Shown: piece by piece, positions 19,926 to 28,651 of the stretch
Numbering within the stretch: position 1 is the stretch's first letter
Layout: each line of letters opens with the position of its first letter
Source: Faecousia sp.
Lineage (GTDB): Bacteria; Bacillota; Clostridia; Oscillospirales; Oscillospiraceae
Reading direction: 5' to 3'
Assembly (NCBI GenBank): GCA_045660725.1
Contig: JAZREG010000097.1
Location: 1-58,765, forward strand
DNA: 58,765 nucleotides
Notes under the pieces: model-generated
Databases searched by the model: none
What the model saw: only the letters and a program-made list of their open reading frames with translations
Told to the model about the DNA's origin: nothing
Position numbers and translations under genes: made by a program

Positions 19926-20849
19926 ATGAAACGAATGACCGCCCTCTTCCTGTCAGGGCTACTGATTTTGCTGATTTTTGCCGGCTGCCGTATCACCGTC
20001 CCGGCCACAACCACCACCCAGGCCCCCGTGGTCACCACCACGACCACCACGCCGCCTCCCACGACCACCATCCCCACCACCACAGTTCCTCCCACCACTG
20101 CTCCCCGGCCCGTGGGCTGGACAGAGCAGGACGGCCGGCTGTATTACTACACGCAAGACAGCGTCATGGTCACCGGCTGGCAGGAGATCGACGGCAAGCT
20201 GGTCTACTTCACCCCCGACGGCCCCATGGCCGTGGGCAAGCAGGATATCGACGGCGTGACCCATTGGTTCGGCTCGGACGGTGTGGAGATCCTGCTGGTC
20301 AACCCCTGGAACTTCATGCCGGAAGGCTATGAACCGGAGGTGGTGGAAGTCACCGGCTGGTGGTGGAAATCCAGCGTGGTCTGCCACGACGCCCTGCAGG
20401 AAATGCTCCAGGGCTGCCGGGATGCGGGTCTGAAGCCTTACATCGCATCTGCCTACCGCACCCACGGAGATCAGCGATGGCTGTACAACAACAAAGTTCA
20501 GCGGCTGATGAATGAAGGCTACTCGGAAGCGGACGCCAAACGGCTGGCCGGTACCGTGGTGGCCGTTCCCGGCACCAGCGAACACGAGTTGGGCCTCGCC
20601 TTCGACCTGACGGATGACAGCTACCGCAACCTGGACGAAGCCCAGGAAAACACCGCTGTGCAGAAGTGGCTCATGGAAAACAGCTGGCGTTACGGCTTCA
20701 TCCTCCGATACCCCAATGAAAAGAGCGAGATCACCGGCATCATTTACGAGCCCTGGCACTACCGCTATGTGGGCAAGGAGATCGCCCAGGAGATCTACGA
20801 ATCCGGCCTGTGCCTGGAAGAATACCTGGAATCCATCACGCCCCAATAA
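19926..20849 (+). CDS. VanY-type (M15B) carboxypeptidase lipoprotein with cell-wall-binding repeats
   Basis: Lipobox FAGC, Thr-rich linker, GWQEIDGKLVYF-type repeats, SAYR, PGTSEHELGLAFD, YEPWHYRYVG. Confidence 0.88.
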   Translation: MKRMTALFLSGLLILLIFAGCRITVPATTTTQAPVVTTTTTTPPPTTTIPTTTVPPTTAPRPVGWTEQDGRLYYYTQDSVMVTGWQEIDGKLVYFTPDGPMAVGKQDIDGVTHWFGSDGVEILLVNPWNFMPEGYEPEVVEVTGWWWKSSVVCHDALQEMLQGCRDAGLKPYIASAYRTHGDQRWLYNNKVQRLMNEGYSEADAKRLAGTVVAVPGTSEHELGLAFDLTDDSYRNLDEAQENTAVQKWLMENSWRYGFILRYPNEKSEITGIIYEPWHYRYVGKEIAQEIYESGLCLEEYLESITPQ

Positions 20850-20850
20850 C

Positions 20851-20886
20851 AAAAACGCTGCAAGCGACCGCTTGCAGCGTTTCTTT
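20851..20886. terminator. Bidirectional terminator
   Basis: AAAAACGCTGCAAGCG-AC-CGCTTGCAGCGTTTCTT. Confidence 0.75.
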
Positions 20887-21841
20887 ATACTTCTGTGGAA
20901 CGGCGCAAATGCAGCTGCGCCGTAAGGATCTCCCGGCTGGGATGGGGCTTGCCCATCAGCTCTGCCCGGAGGGCATCGGCCGCCAGCTCACAGGCCCGGT
21001 CGATGGGGTAATCGATGGAGCTAAGGGGCGGATTCAGATACGCCGCTTCGTGCAGGTCATCCATGCCCAGCACCGCCACGTCCTCCGGGACCCGGAAGCC
21101 CCGATCATACAGGCAGCGCACCGCACCGATGGCCAGATAGTCATAGGCGCAGATCACCGCCCTGGGGGGCTTGCCGGTATCCAGCAGCTGGGCCATGGCA
21201 TCGTAGCCGCCGGCTTCAAACCGCTTTTCTCCCGCCGCCACCCATTCCTGCGGAATGTCCACGCCCCGTTGGGCAAACAATTCCCGGAACTTTTGCAGCT
21301 TTCCCTGGGTCAGACGCTCCCCTACCAGGCCAATTTCCGTCACCCCACGGGACAGGAAGTATTCCACCGTCTGCTCCCGTGCCTGGGACATATCGATATT
21401 CACCTGGAAGCAGCCATCCCGTTCTCCCAGCACGTAAGCCACCGGCAGTTCCATCTCCAACTCCGATAACCCGTGGGCGCCGATGACGATGATGCCGTCC
21501 ACCGTTGCGTGCCGGTCATAATAGCGCAGCAGTTCCTGCTCCGTTTCCGAAGAAAAATCCGTTGCCGCCACGCAGATCTCGCAGCCCTGCCGGGCAAGAT
21601 ACGCCTGCAGCGCAGACAGGGCATGGGAGTAGAGTCTGCTCTGGAATTCCGGACAGATCACCGCGATCACATGCTTGGGATATTTGGCTTTGTAATATTT
21701 TTTGAAGCAGCCATGCTCCTTGGCGATGTCAAAGATCAATTCCCGGGTCTGCTCGTTGATCTCCGGGCTCATGGAGAAAGCCTTGGACACCGTGGATATT
21801 GACACATGGGCCAGCTTCGCGATTTTAGACAGTGTGATCAT
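20885..21841 (-). CDS. LacI family transcriptional regulator
   Basis: ITLSKIAKLAHVSISTVSKAF HTH; C-terminal VPEDVAVLGMDD...PPLSSI. Confidence 0.92.
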   Translation of the reverse strand: MITLSKIAKLAHVSISTVSKAFSMSPEINEQTRELIFDIAKEHGCFKKYYKAKYPKHVIAVICPEFQSRLYSHALSALQAYLARQGCEICVAATDFSSETEQELLRYYDRHATVDGIIVIGAHGLSELEMELPVAYVLGERDGCFQVNIDMSQAREQTVEYFLSRGVTEIGLVGERLTQGKLQKFRELFAQRGVDIPQEWVAAGEKRFEAGGYDAMAQLLDTGKPPRAVICAYDYLAIGAVRCLYDRGFRVPEDVAVLGMDDLHEAAYLNPPLSSIDYPIDRACELAADALRAELMGKPHPSREILTAQLHLRRSTEV

Positions 21842-21883
21842 AACCGTATCCTCAAAGAAAGGGCCTGTGCCAGGCCCTTATCT

Positions 21884-23176
21884 TCATTTCATCTCCTGCA
21901 CCAGGGCATGGACCGCCGCCACCAGCTTTTCGCCGGCCAGGGGCTCCAGGAAGCTGCCGTCGGTGAGCTTCACCGGGTACACGTCGGTGCCGTACAGCTC
22001 CGGGGTGGGCATATAGGAGCTTTCGGTGCCATTGAGTTCTGTGATCAGCCACTTCTGTCCTGCCACAGCAGCCCGGGCCTGCTTGCCGTAGGTGTGGTAC
22101 ACCTCACCGGGCAAGGCGAAGAACCAAACTTCGCCGATGCGCAGGATCTGCACCGGCTGCAGCACCTCATCAGGCCAGTTGTTGGCCTCATAACCAACAA
22201 TGGACAGCGCCCAATCCCGGCTAAACGCAGCCTCCTGACCGGACAACGCCTTGCGGCACTCCTCCAGCTCCCGGGCAGTGGCCTTGCGGCGGCCAATGCT
22301 TACCCAGCGCCGCTGGGCAGCCACCTGATCGCCGGATACCGGTTCCCCGGTACCGGCCATAGCAGCCTTCACCGCGCCGGCAACGATCCGGCCCACATCC
22401 ACATAGCTTCTCCGGGTCCCGCCCAGGGGGTCACAGTGGTTGATATCACCGCAGCAGCCGGCCATATAAATAGACACAAAATCGTTTCCGTAGACAGACT
22501 TCAGTTCCTTGGAAACTACAGAAGAGTAGTCGCCGCTGTAAACATAGCTGCCCACAGTGTCCTGGTGGCAGGTGTGGGTAAAGAGAATGCCCTTGAGGAT
22601 TCCCTGGCTGTTGCGGACCATCAGCACCGGGGTCTCCGGATCCGTATCGGAATAGGGATGTAAAATATCCGGAATCCGGCGGGCGCTGGGATTGGTGCGA
22701 ACTTTGCCATCCTTCATCTGATAGTCCCGGCAGAAGGCAGCCTGTCCCTCCCAGCCCATGGCGTAGCTGAGGGTACATTCCTCCATCCGCTTCCAGGCCA
22801 GAATCACCGTATCTGCCGCCAGCCGCTCCAGCACCGCCACATAGCCTCGATCCGGTTCGTTGATAAATTCACAGTTGTCCGGGAAGCTATCCCCGAAGGG
22901 AACGCCATAGTGGGTATGGGTGGCAGCGATGACCAAATTCTCTCCGGGAATACCGGTGTACTCCGTCACCCGCTGGGCCACCTTCTGACAAAAGGCCGCC
23001 TTCACCTGAACAGCATCCAGGATCAGCACCGCAACGGTGCCGTTGTCCCCTTCAAACACCGCCGCCTTGGCATACAGCTTGTCCCACACATCCATGGCAG
23101 GACGGGGGCAAAAATATCCGGGAACAGACTGGCCCAAGGGGGGCGTGATCTCTTTTTCATAAAAACCGCATTTCAT
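21884..23176 (-). CDS. Neutral/alkaline ceramidase N-terminal-like hydrolase
   Basis: ITPPLG, DKLYAKA, AATHTHYG, CHQD, SGDY, GCCGDIN, LPGEVY. Confidence 0.75.
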   Translation of the reverse strand: MKCGFYEKEITPPLGQSVPGYFCPRPAMDVWDKLYAKAAVFEGDNGTVAVLILDAVQVKAAFCQKVAQRVTEYTGIPGENLVIAATHTHYGVPFGDSFPDNCEFINEPDRGYVAVLERLAADTVILAWKRMEECTLSYAMGWEGQAAFCRDYQMKDGKVRTNPSARRIPDILHPYSDTDPETPVLMVRNSQGILKGILFTHTCHQDTVGSYVYSGDYSSVVSKELKSVYGNDFVSIYMAGCCGDINHCDPLGGTRRSYVDVGRIVAGAVKAAMAGTGEPVSGDQVAAQRRWVSIGRRKATARELEECRKALSGQEAAFSRDWALSIVGYEANNWPDEVLQPVQILRIGEVWFFALPGEVYHTYGKQARAAVAGQKWLITELNGTESSYMPTPELYGTDVYPVKLTDGSFLEPLAGEKLVAAVHALVQEMK

Positions 23177-23188
23177 GGTGCTTCCCCC

Positions 23189-24229
23189 TTACAGGCCCAG
23201 GGTATAGGCCAGCATCAGATTCGTAGTGCCCTCCAGGCCCTTTACATGGGTACGCTCCATGCCGTGGCTGCCGTAAACCGCCATACCAAAGGCTGCCACC
23301 GCCACATTACTGCCGCCCTTCATGGCAGCTGCCGCATCGGTGCTGTACCGGGTAAAGGTATCCACCACATAGTCGCAGCCGCACTTTTCTGCGCAACCGA
23401 TCAGCCGGTTGGTCAGTTCATAATGATATGTGGTAAGCGCGTCCTTGGCGCAGATGCTCACCGCCTCTTCCCGGCCGTCGTGATCCGGGCCCACCAGGCC
23501 GATGTCAATGGCCACATACTCCGAAGCGTTCTCCGGCACAAAGGTGCCGCCCAGGCCGGTTTCCTCATAATGCGGAAAAGCAAATACAGTGCGATACTTG
23601 GGGGTCAGGCCGTTGTCCTTCAAACACTTCAACGCGGCATAGCTGCAGGCCACCGCGGCCTTATCGTCCAGGAACCGGGACTTGACATAGCCGTTGGGGG
23701 TGATCTGACACCGGGGATCCAGGGAGATGTAGTCGCCGGGGCGAATGCCCAGGGCATAGACCTCTGCCTTGGTGGAAACCGGCTCATCCAGGAGGACCAT
23801 CATAGTACTCTCCCTCCGCTCCAATGTCAGGCAGTCGCCAAAGGCATGGGTGGAATGGGACTGGCACAGGAAAAGGCCCGTATAAGCCTTGCCATCCCGG
23901 GTATGGACGGTGACCGTTTCGCCCTCGGCGCTGTGCAGATTCATGCCGCCGATGACCCGGACCCGGAGCTTACCGTCGCCGTCTACCTTCCGGACCATAA
24001 AGCCCAGAGTATCCGCATGGGCGCCCAGCACCACGGTTTTGGAATTATCCTGGCCCTCCAGGGTGACATAGCCGGTACCCCGGTTGTCAAAGGTCATGCC
24101 GTAACCCAGCTCCTCAGCCATAGCTTTCAGAACAGGGTTCAGCTCCACATAATAGCCCACCGGGCTGGGTACCGCCAGGGTCTTCCGCAAAACCTCCAGC
24201 AAATACTGGGTATCGATCTGATAATGCAT
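23189..24229 (-). CDS. M42 family metallopeptidase (aminopeptidase)
   Basis: AHADTLG, SRFLDDKA, YEETG, IDIG, SHGMERTH. Confidence 0.9.
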   Translation of the reverse strand: MHYQIDTQYLLEVLRKTLAVPSPVGYYVELNPVLKAMAEELGYGMTFDNRGTGYVTLEGQDNSKTVVLGAHADTLGFMVRKVDGDGKLRVRVIGGMNLHSAEGETVTVHTRDGKAYTGLFLCQSHSTHAFGDCLTLERRESTMMVLLDEPVSTKAEVYALGIRPGDYISLDPRCQITPNGYVKSRFLDDKAAVACSYAALKCLKDNGLTPKYRTVFAFPHYEETGLGGTFVPENASEYVAIDIGLVGPDHDGREEAVSICAKDALTTYHYELTNRLIGCAEKCGCDYVVDTFTRYSTDAAAAMKGGSNVAVAAFGMAVYGSHGMERTHVKGLEGTTNLMLAYTLGL

Positions 24230-24292
24230 GGCAAATTCCCCCAATTTCAGGTTTTTCCTCATTATACCATGGGGATTTTCAAAGCGCAATCC

Positions 24293-25396
24293 TTATCCAA
24301 AATATTCACGCCCGCTTCTCTTTCCGGCTTTAAAATTGTACACCGGGCGGATGCGTTTCAGGATCTTCACGGTAGGCTCCATCGCCTCCAGCACACCTGC
24401 CATATCCTTATAGGCCATAGGCGACTCGTCCAGGGTGGAGGCGTTCACGGTAGACGAGTAGATCCCCGCCATTTCCGCCGCATATTGCTCCACGGTAAAC
24501 TGCGCCTTGGCTTCTCCCCGGCTCATGGCCCGGCCGGCGCCGTGGGGTGCGGAGAAATTCCAATCCGGATTACCCTTGCCCTCGGCGATCAGGCAGCCGT
24601 CCCGCATATTCATGGGGATCAGCAGCTTCTGTCCGGCGTGGGCCGGCACAGCGCCCTTACGGATGACCCCGTCCCCATCCACAAAATTGTGGATCGTTTC
24701 AAAGGACGCCGCTTTATGGATCCCCATGAAGGCCAAAATGTCCTTCGCGATGCGCTTTCTGTTTTCCGCGGCAAAGGCAACACAGATGGCCATATCCTGC
24801 AGATACGCCTCCAGCTCCGCCCCGGTCAGGTAGCAGTATTCCTCCGGCGCCTTGATCCCTGCCTCCCGGCAGTAGCGCACAGCCACGCGCTGGTAGATCG
24901 CCGCCACCTGGGTACCCAGGAACCGGGAACCGGAATGGATCACCAGGTAATACCGGCCGTCCCCATCCTGATCCACCTCGATGAAGTGATTGCCGCCGCC
25001 CAGCGTTCCCAGGGAGCGATGCACCCGCTCCTTATCCCGCAGCTGGGAATAGCAGCAAAGCTTTTTGATTTCTTTCCATTCATCGTAATCCTCCCGCAGC
25101 TGGGCGCCGGCGGGAATATGCTCCCAAATAAACTGATCCAGCTCCCGCAGCTCCGGGATCTTCCGTCCCAGCTCCACGGTCAGCATACCACAGCCCATGT
25201 CCCCGCCGATGACCCCGGGGATCATCCGATCCCCGCCGGTGGCGGTAAAACCCACCACGCAGCCCATGCCGCTGTGGACATCCGGCATGATCCGCACCTT
25301 TGCCTCCCGCAGCGGTGCCTGCGCCAGCAGCTCATAGATCTGATGCACAGCACCGGGTTCCACCTCAGGTGCGAATATTTTCATATCGTACGCCAT
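24293..25396 (-). CDS. rtcB: RtcB family RNA ligase
   Basis: MPDVHSG, DMGCG, GTLGGGNHFIE, IHSGSR, HN, IRKGA, SAPHGAGR, DESPMAYK. Confidence 0.92.
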   Translation of the reverse strand: MAYDMKIFAPEVEPGAVHQIYELLAQAPLREAKVRIMPDVHSGMGCVVGFTATGGDRMIPGVIGGDMGCGMLTVELGRKIPELRELDQFIWEHIPAGAQLREDYDEWKEIKKLCCYSQLRDKERVHRSLGTLGGGNHFIEVDQDGDGRYYLVIHSGSRFLGTQVAAIYQRVAVRYCREAGIKAPEEYCYLTGAELEAYLQDMAICVAFAAENRKRIAKDILAFMGIHKAASFETIHNFVDGDGVIRKGAVPAHAGQKLLIPMNMRDGCLIAEGKGNPDWNFSAPHGAGRAMSRGEAKAQFTVEQYAAEMAGIYSSTVNASTLDESPMAYKDMAGVLEAMEPTVKILKRIRPVYNFKAGKRSGREYFG

Positions 25397-25416
25397 AATT
25401 TTTCCTCCTTTCAAAT

Positions 25417-25452
25417 AAAAAAGCCCCTGTCCGAAGAAATCGAACAGGGGTA
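25417..25452 (-). terminator. Terminator-like hairpin between DUF1292 and rtcB
   Basis: Minus strand CCCCTGTTCGA-TTTCT-TCGGACAGGGGCTTTTTT. Confidence 0.65.
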
Positions 25453-25459
25453 GACAGGT

Positions 25460-25753
25460 TTATTCCTCGTCTTCTTCCAGCATTTCGTAGTAGCGCGCAA
25501 ACACCAGGTCCACGATCTCTTCATCGGTAACCACGGTCAGTTCGCTTTCGCCCTCCCATTCATCCACCGAGAAGACCAGCGCCTCATCCTCACCCATATC
25601 CTCTATGGGCGTCACCGGTTTCAGGATCACATAGGTCTGCAAGCCCACCGGGATCACTGCGATCTGCTCAAATTCCACTGCCTCGTTCTCTTCGTTATAC
25701 AGCACGATGTTATCCGTGTTGTTTTCATCCAACAGCATATCTACAGGGTTCAT
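25460..25753 (-). CDS. DUF1292 family acidic protein
   Basis: IVLYNEENEAVEFEQIAVI...YVILKP...DEEIVDLVFARY; AAGGAG RBS before ATG 25753. Confidence 0.75.
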   Translation of the reverse strand: MNPVDMLLDENNTDNIVLYNEENEAVEFEQIAVIPVGLQTYVILKPVTPIEDMGEDEALVFSVDEWEGESELTVVTDEEIVDLVFARYYEMLEEDEE

Positions 25754-25844
25754 AATTTTCTCCTTTTCTTGTTGTTTCTGCCCGCCCAATCCATAAAACC
25801 CCGGCCTCCTGCTTTTTTCGCAGGCAGCCGGGGTTTTTGGCAAA

Positions 25845-26309
25845 TTATTCTGTCTTTTCGATCCGGTAGCCCAGGGCCAGGATGGTCTTCAGAGTCTCCA
25901 GGGCGGTTTTCCGGTCGTAATCCTTCTCTTCCTCGGTCAAAAGGGCATAGGGCACCAGGCAGGGCGTCCGCCGATGGGCATCGTCCCGGACATTGCCGTA
26001 GCGCCAGCCATCCGCCAGACGGCCGGCAGCCCAGTTTTCATGCACATTTTCCGCCAGCAGTTCCGTCAGTTCCTTCAGGCTTTCCGGAAGATCTACCCGG
26101 GAGGTATCCATGGGCTTCGGCGCATAGTCCGGCACCTGGCTCTTGGCACCCTTGGGGACCACACAAGCCTCCTTGGGGATCAGCCACACACCGCTGCCTT
26201 CCAGGCGGAGGGCGCCGGGGATCCGATCCTCGTCACAGAGCTTTTGGATCCATCTCGGTGTTACTCCCAGCTTTTCCGCTGCGGCTTTTACAGAAATGTA
26301 ATCCACCAT
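25845..26309 (-). CDS. Excisionase/MerR-like HTH fused to a RyR (ryanodine receptor repeat) domain
   Basis: N-terminal YISVKAAAEKLGVTPRWIQKLC...IPGA; C-terminal YAPKPMDTS...LAENVHENWA...GWRYG...TPCLVPYALLTEEEKDYDR, a canonical RyR repeat. Confidence 0.88.
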   Translation of the reverse strand: MVDYISVKAAAEKLGVTPRWIQKLCDEDRIPGALRLEGSGVWLIPKEACVVPKGAKSQVPDYAPKPMDTSRVDLPESLKELTELLAENVHENWAAGRLADGWRYGNVRDDAHRRTPCLVPYALLTEEEKDYDRKTALETLKTILALGYRIEKTE

Positions 26310-26325
26310 ACTTTCGTCCTTTCAC

Positions 26326-28632
26326 TCAGTGATGCTTGATCAGGGGATAATCGTACAGCTTAAAGTCGTAGTTGTTCAGCCCATTATCCCGCAGATCCAA
26401 AGACAGCTCGTCCAGCAGATCCGGATCGGCCTCCGGGCAACCCTTGGTAAACTGCAGGCATTTATCTTCCTCCACCGTGTAATCCGCCCGCAGAGGTGCC
26501 CGAATGCCCCGCTGGTCACATTCCACCAGGCAGGGATGCAGCTTCAGGCCCATGTGCTTATAAGAGCCGGTAACCGTCTTGTAGCTGTCATAATCCCAGC
26601 TGCAGCGGAAGCCCTTGATCCGGGTGAAGGCACACCAACGCCGATGCTCCAGCCAGGACAGCCGATGCACCAGCCGCAGGTCCCGCTCTGCAGCCTCCGG
26701 ATCCTCCAGCCGATCCAGGCCGGAGACCAGGCGGCAATACTCCGCAAAAGCGGTCTTCAGGGCGTCGTTGTAGATCTCCTTGCCCGCTTCCGAATCATCC
26801 ACATCAAACAAAGAGGTATTCATCACGCCGGAGGAGAACACCTTGTAGCGGAAGTGCATGCCCCGGGCCAAATTGGCCCAGTGCTTGTAATCGTCCTTGG
26901 CCCGGGCCCGGTGGATATCCTTCAGGCTCTCGTCCTTCTGCACCTTCCGGTAGGCCTCTTCCGCCTGATCGGCCAGGGCCTCATGCTCGGTCATAAAGAC
27001 GATTTGGGCGCTGTAGATCATGTCCCGGCTGCCCACCGCCTGCATAAACACATCGGACTTTGCTGTGGCGCTGTTGTAGCGGCACTGCTGATTCAGTGTG
27101 GCACACAGATCAGAATCGTATACCACATAAGCGATGACCGTACGCAATTCCTCTTCCTGGGATACATGGTATCTGCCCACGCACCGGCGCAGGAGGTTGG
27201 CGGCAGTCAGGTTCTCCACATCGGAGCCCAGGGCCACCAGGAAGTAGTCCGTATTCAGGATCTCGGCGTTCTTTTCCTTCTTGTGCAGCCGATCCTGGAA
27301 GGTCTTGGAATTGATATCCTCCTGGAAATACCGCACCGTGCAATAGGGGTCGGAATATCCGCCCCGGCGGTTGTACATCAGGATCTCATGTTTTGCTTGG
27401 GTGGTCATGCGGATCTCCGGATTGATCCGGTCGATGCGACCCCAAAAATCCTCTTCGCTCTCCTGGGAGACCACATTGATGTTCAGCTTGCAATCCAGGA
27501 TCTGTCCGAACCAGTAGGTGGACAGGAACATCTCGGTGCCGATCTCGCCGCTGCCCAGGATGGTTGCATTCAGGTCCACGGTGCCATCCTCGTTGCGCTG
27601 CTTCTGAACCAGAGGCTCATAAAGAGGCACCCGCACCAAAAGGTCCGTGATCATATTCCGGTAGCAAGGCACAGGAATGAACACCGGCAGGGCGTCGGTG
27701 GGAACCTGGAACTGGGTCTGCAGCTTATCCAGCACCTGGTTCTCCACCTGGGTATAAGTATCGCCGGTACAGAACAGGTACACCTCTGTATCCCGGAGGA
27801 ATTTGCTGTTATAGCTGTCTGCCAGGTTGGCCAGCATATGGAGGTTGCCCTCTTCCTGCTCATCGATCAGCAGGAACTTCCGGCTGCCGAGGCGATTCTT
27901 GGCAATATGGGGCAACTCTTCCGCGATGCACACCGCGCCCAAAACCTTTGCGCTGACCAGCAGATCCGCCTTGGCTTCCTCGTCCAGCTGGGGATCCGCC
28001 ACCACGATGACGGGCTTTTTCCATACGGACGGCTGCAGCTGCAGGATGCTCTTGATGAGCGTCAGGGAGCCGGCATTGAGCTGATTGAAGTAGTACTTTT
28101 CCTTCCAGAACATGGCGTAGGAAAGCACCAGGCGGATCTTGGGGAAAATATTGGCCAGGATCTCAAAGATAATGGCGCCTCCGGCCACAGGGGCCACAAA
28201 GTTCAGGCAGGATGCCACGATGCCGTAGGCAATGCTCCAGCCGGAAGCGGCGCCCATATCCATCAGCATCTGTCTGCCGTCTGTAATATAGGCGGTATAA
28301 TCCTCGTCCATGCTGAAGGTCTGCAGGGAGTGGACCAGGCTGTTGAAGATCTCCTCCCACCATTCCAGCGTCACTTCTCCCGCGTGCTTGTCTGCCAGGA
28401 TGGTATAGTAGCCCACCGCAAATCGCAGGCACCACACCGCACCGATGAGAAAGCCGGAGAAAATCAGCAGCTTTTTATTGAAGCTGTACTTTTGCCGCAT
28501 ATCCAATGTGCCTTTCTTGCACACAAGGCGCAGAACCGCCCAAAGCAGCGGCACCACCAAAAACAGCATGGATGCAGCCAGGAAGCACCACAGCGTGGTG
28601 ATCTGTTGCGGGTTCAACTCGAAGGGTGTCAT
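26326..28632 (-). CDS. Membrane protein: about 3 TM + RCK/Rossmann-like domains + C-terminal RyR-like domain
   Basis: Hydrophobic helices in aa 10-165, ILGSGEIG nucleotide-binding loop, VALGSDVENL, and LEHRRWCAF...GF...LHPCLV. Confidence 0.7.
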   Translation of the reverse strand: MTPFELNPQQITTLWCFLAASMLFLVVPLLWAVLRLVCKKGTLDMRQKYSFNKKLLIFSGFLIGAVWCLRFAVGYYTILADKHAGEVTLEWWEEIFNSLVHSLQTFSMDEDYTAYITDGRQMLMDMGAASGWSIAYGIVASCLNFVAPVAGGAIIFEILANIFPKIRLVLSYAMFWKEKYYFNQLNAGSLTLIKSILQLQPSVWKKPVIVVADPQLDEEAKADLLVSAKVLGAVCIAEELPHIAKNRLGSRKFLLIDEQEEGNLHMLANLADSYNSKFLRDTEVYLFCTGDTYTQVENQVLDKLQTQFQVPTDALPVFIPVPCYRNMITDLLVRVPLYEPLVQKQRNEDGTVDLNATILGSGEIGTEMFLSTYWFGQILDCKLNINVVSQESEEDFWGRIDRINPEIRMTTQAKHEILMYNRRGGYSDPYCTVRYFQEDINSKTFQDRLHKKEKNAEILNTDYFLVALGSDVENLTAANLLRRCVGRYHVSQEEELRTVIAYVVYDSDLCATLNQQCRYNSATAKSDVFMQAVGSRDMIYSAQIVFMTEHEALADQAEEAYRKVQKDESLKDIHRARAKDDYKHWANLARGMHFRYKVFSSGVMNTSLFDVDDSEAGKEIYNDALKTAFAEYCRLVSGLDRLEDPEAAERDLRLVHRLSWLEHRRWCAFTRIKGFRCSWDYDSYKTVTGSYKHMGLKLHPCLVECDQRGIRAPLRADYTVEEDKCLQFTKGCPEADPDLLDELSLDLRDNGLNNYDFKLYDYPLIKHH

Positions 28633-28651
28633 GGTCTTCTCTCCTTATCTG

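Noticed and set aside
20008-20100. ACC-rich low-complexity repeat
   Set aside because: It encodes the Thr/Pro linker of the VanY-like lipoprotein.
19926-20849. vanY as part of a vancomycin-resistance cluster
   Set aside because: No vanA/B/H/X/R/S genes are nearby; stand-alone M15B carboxypeptidases are common cell-wall enzymes.
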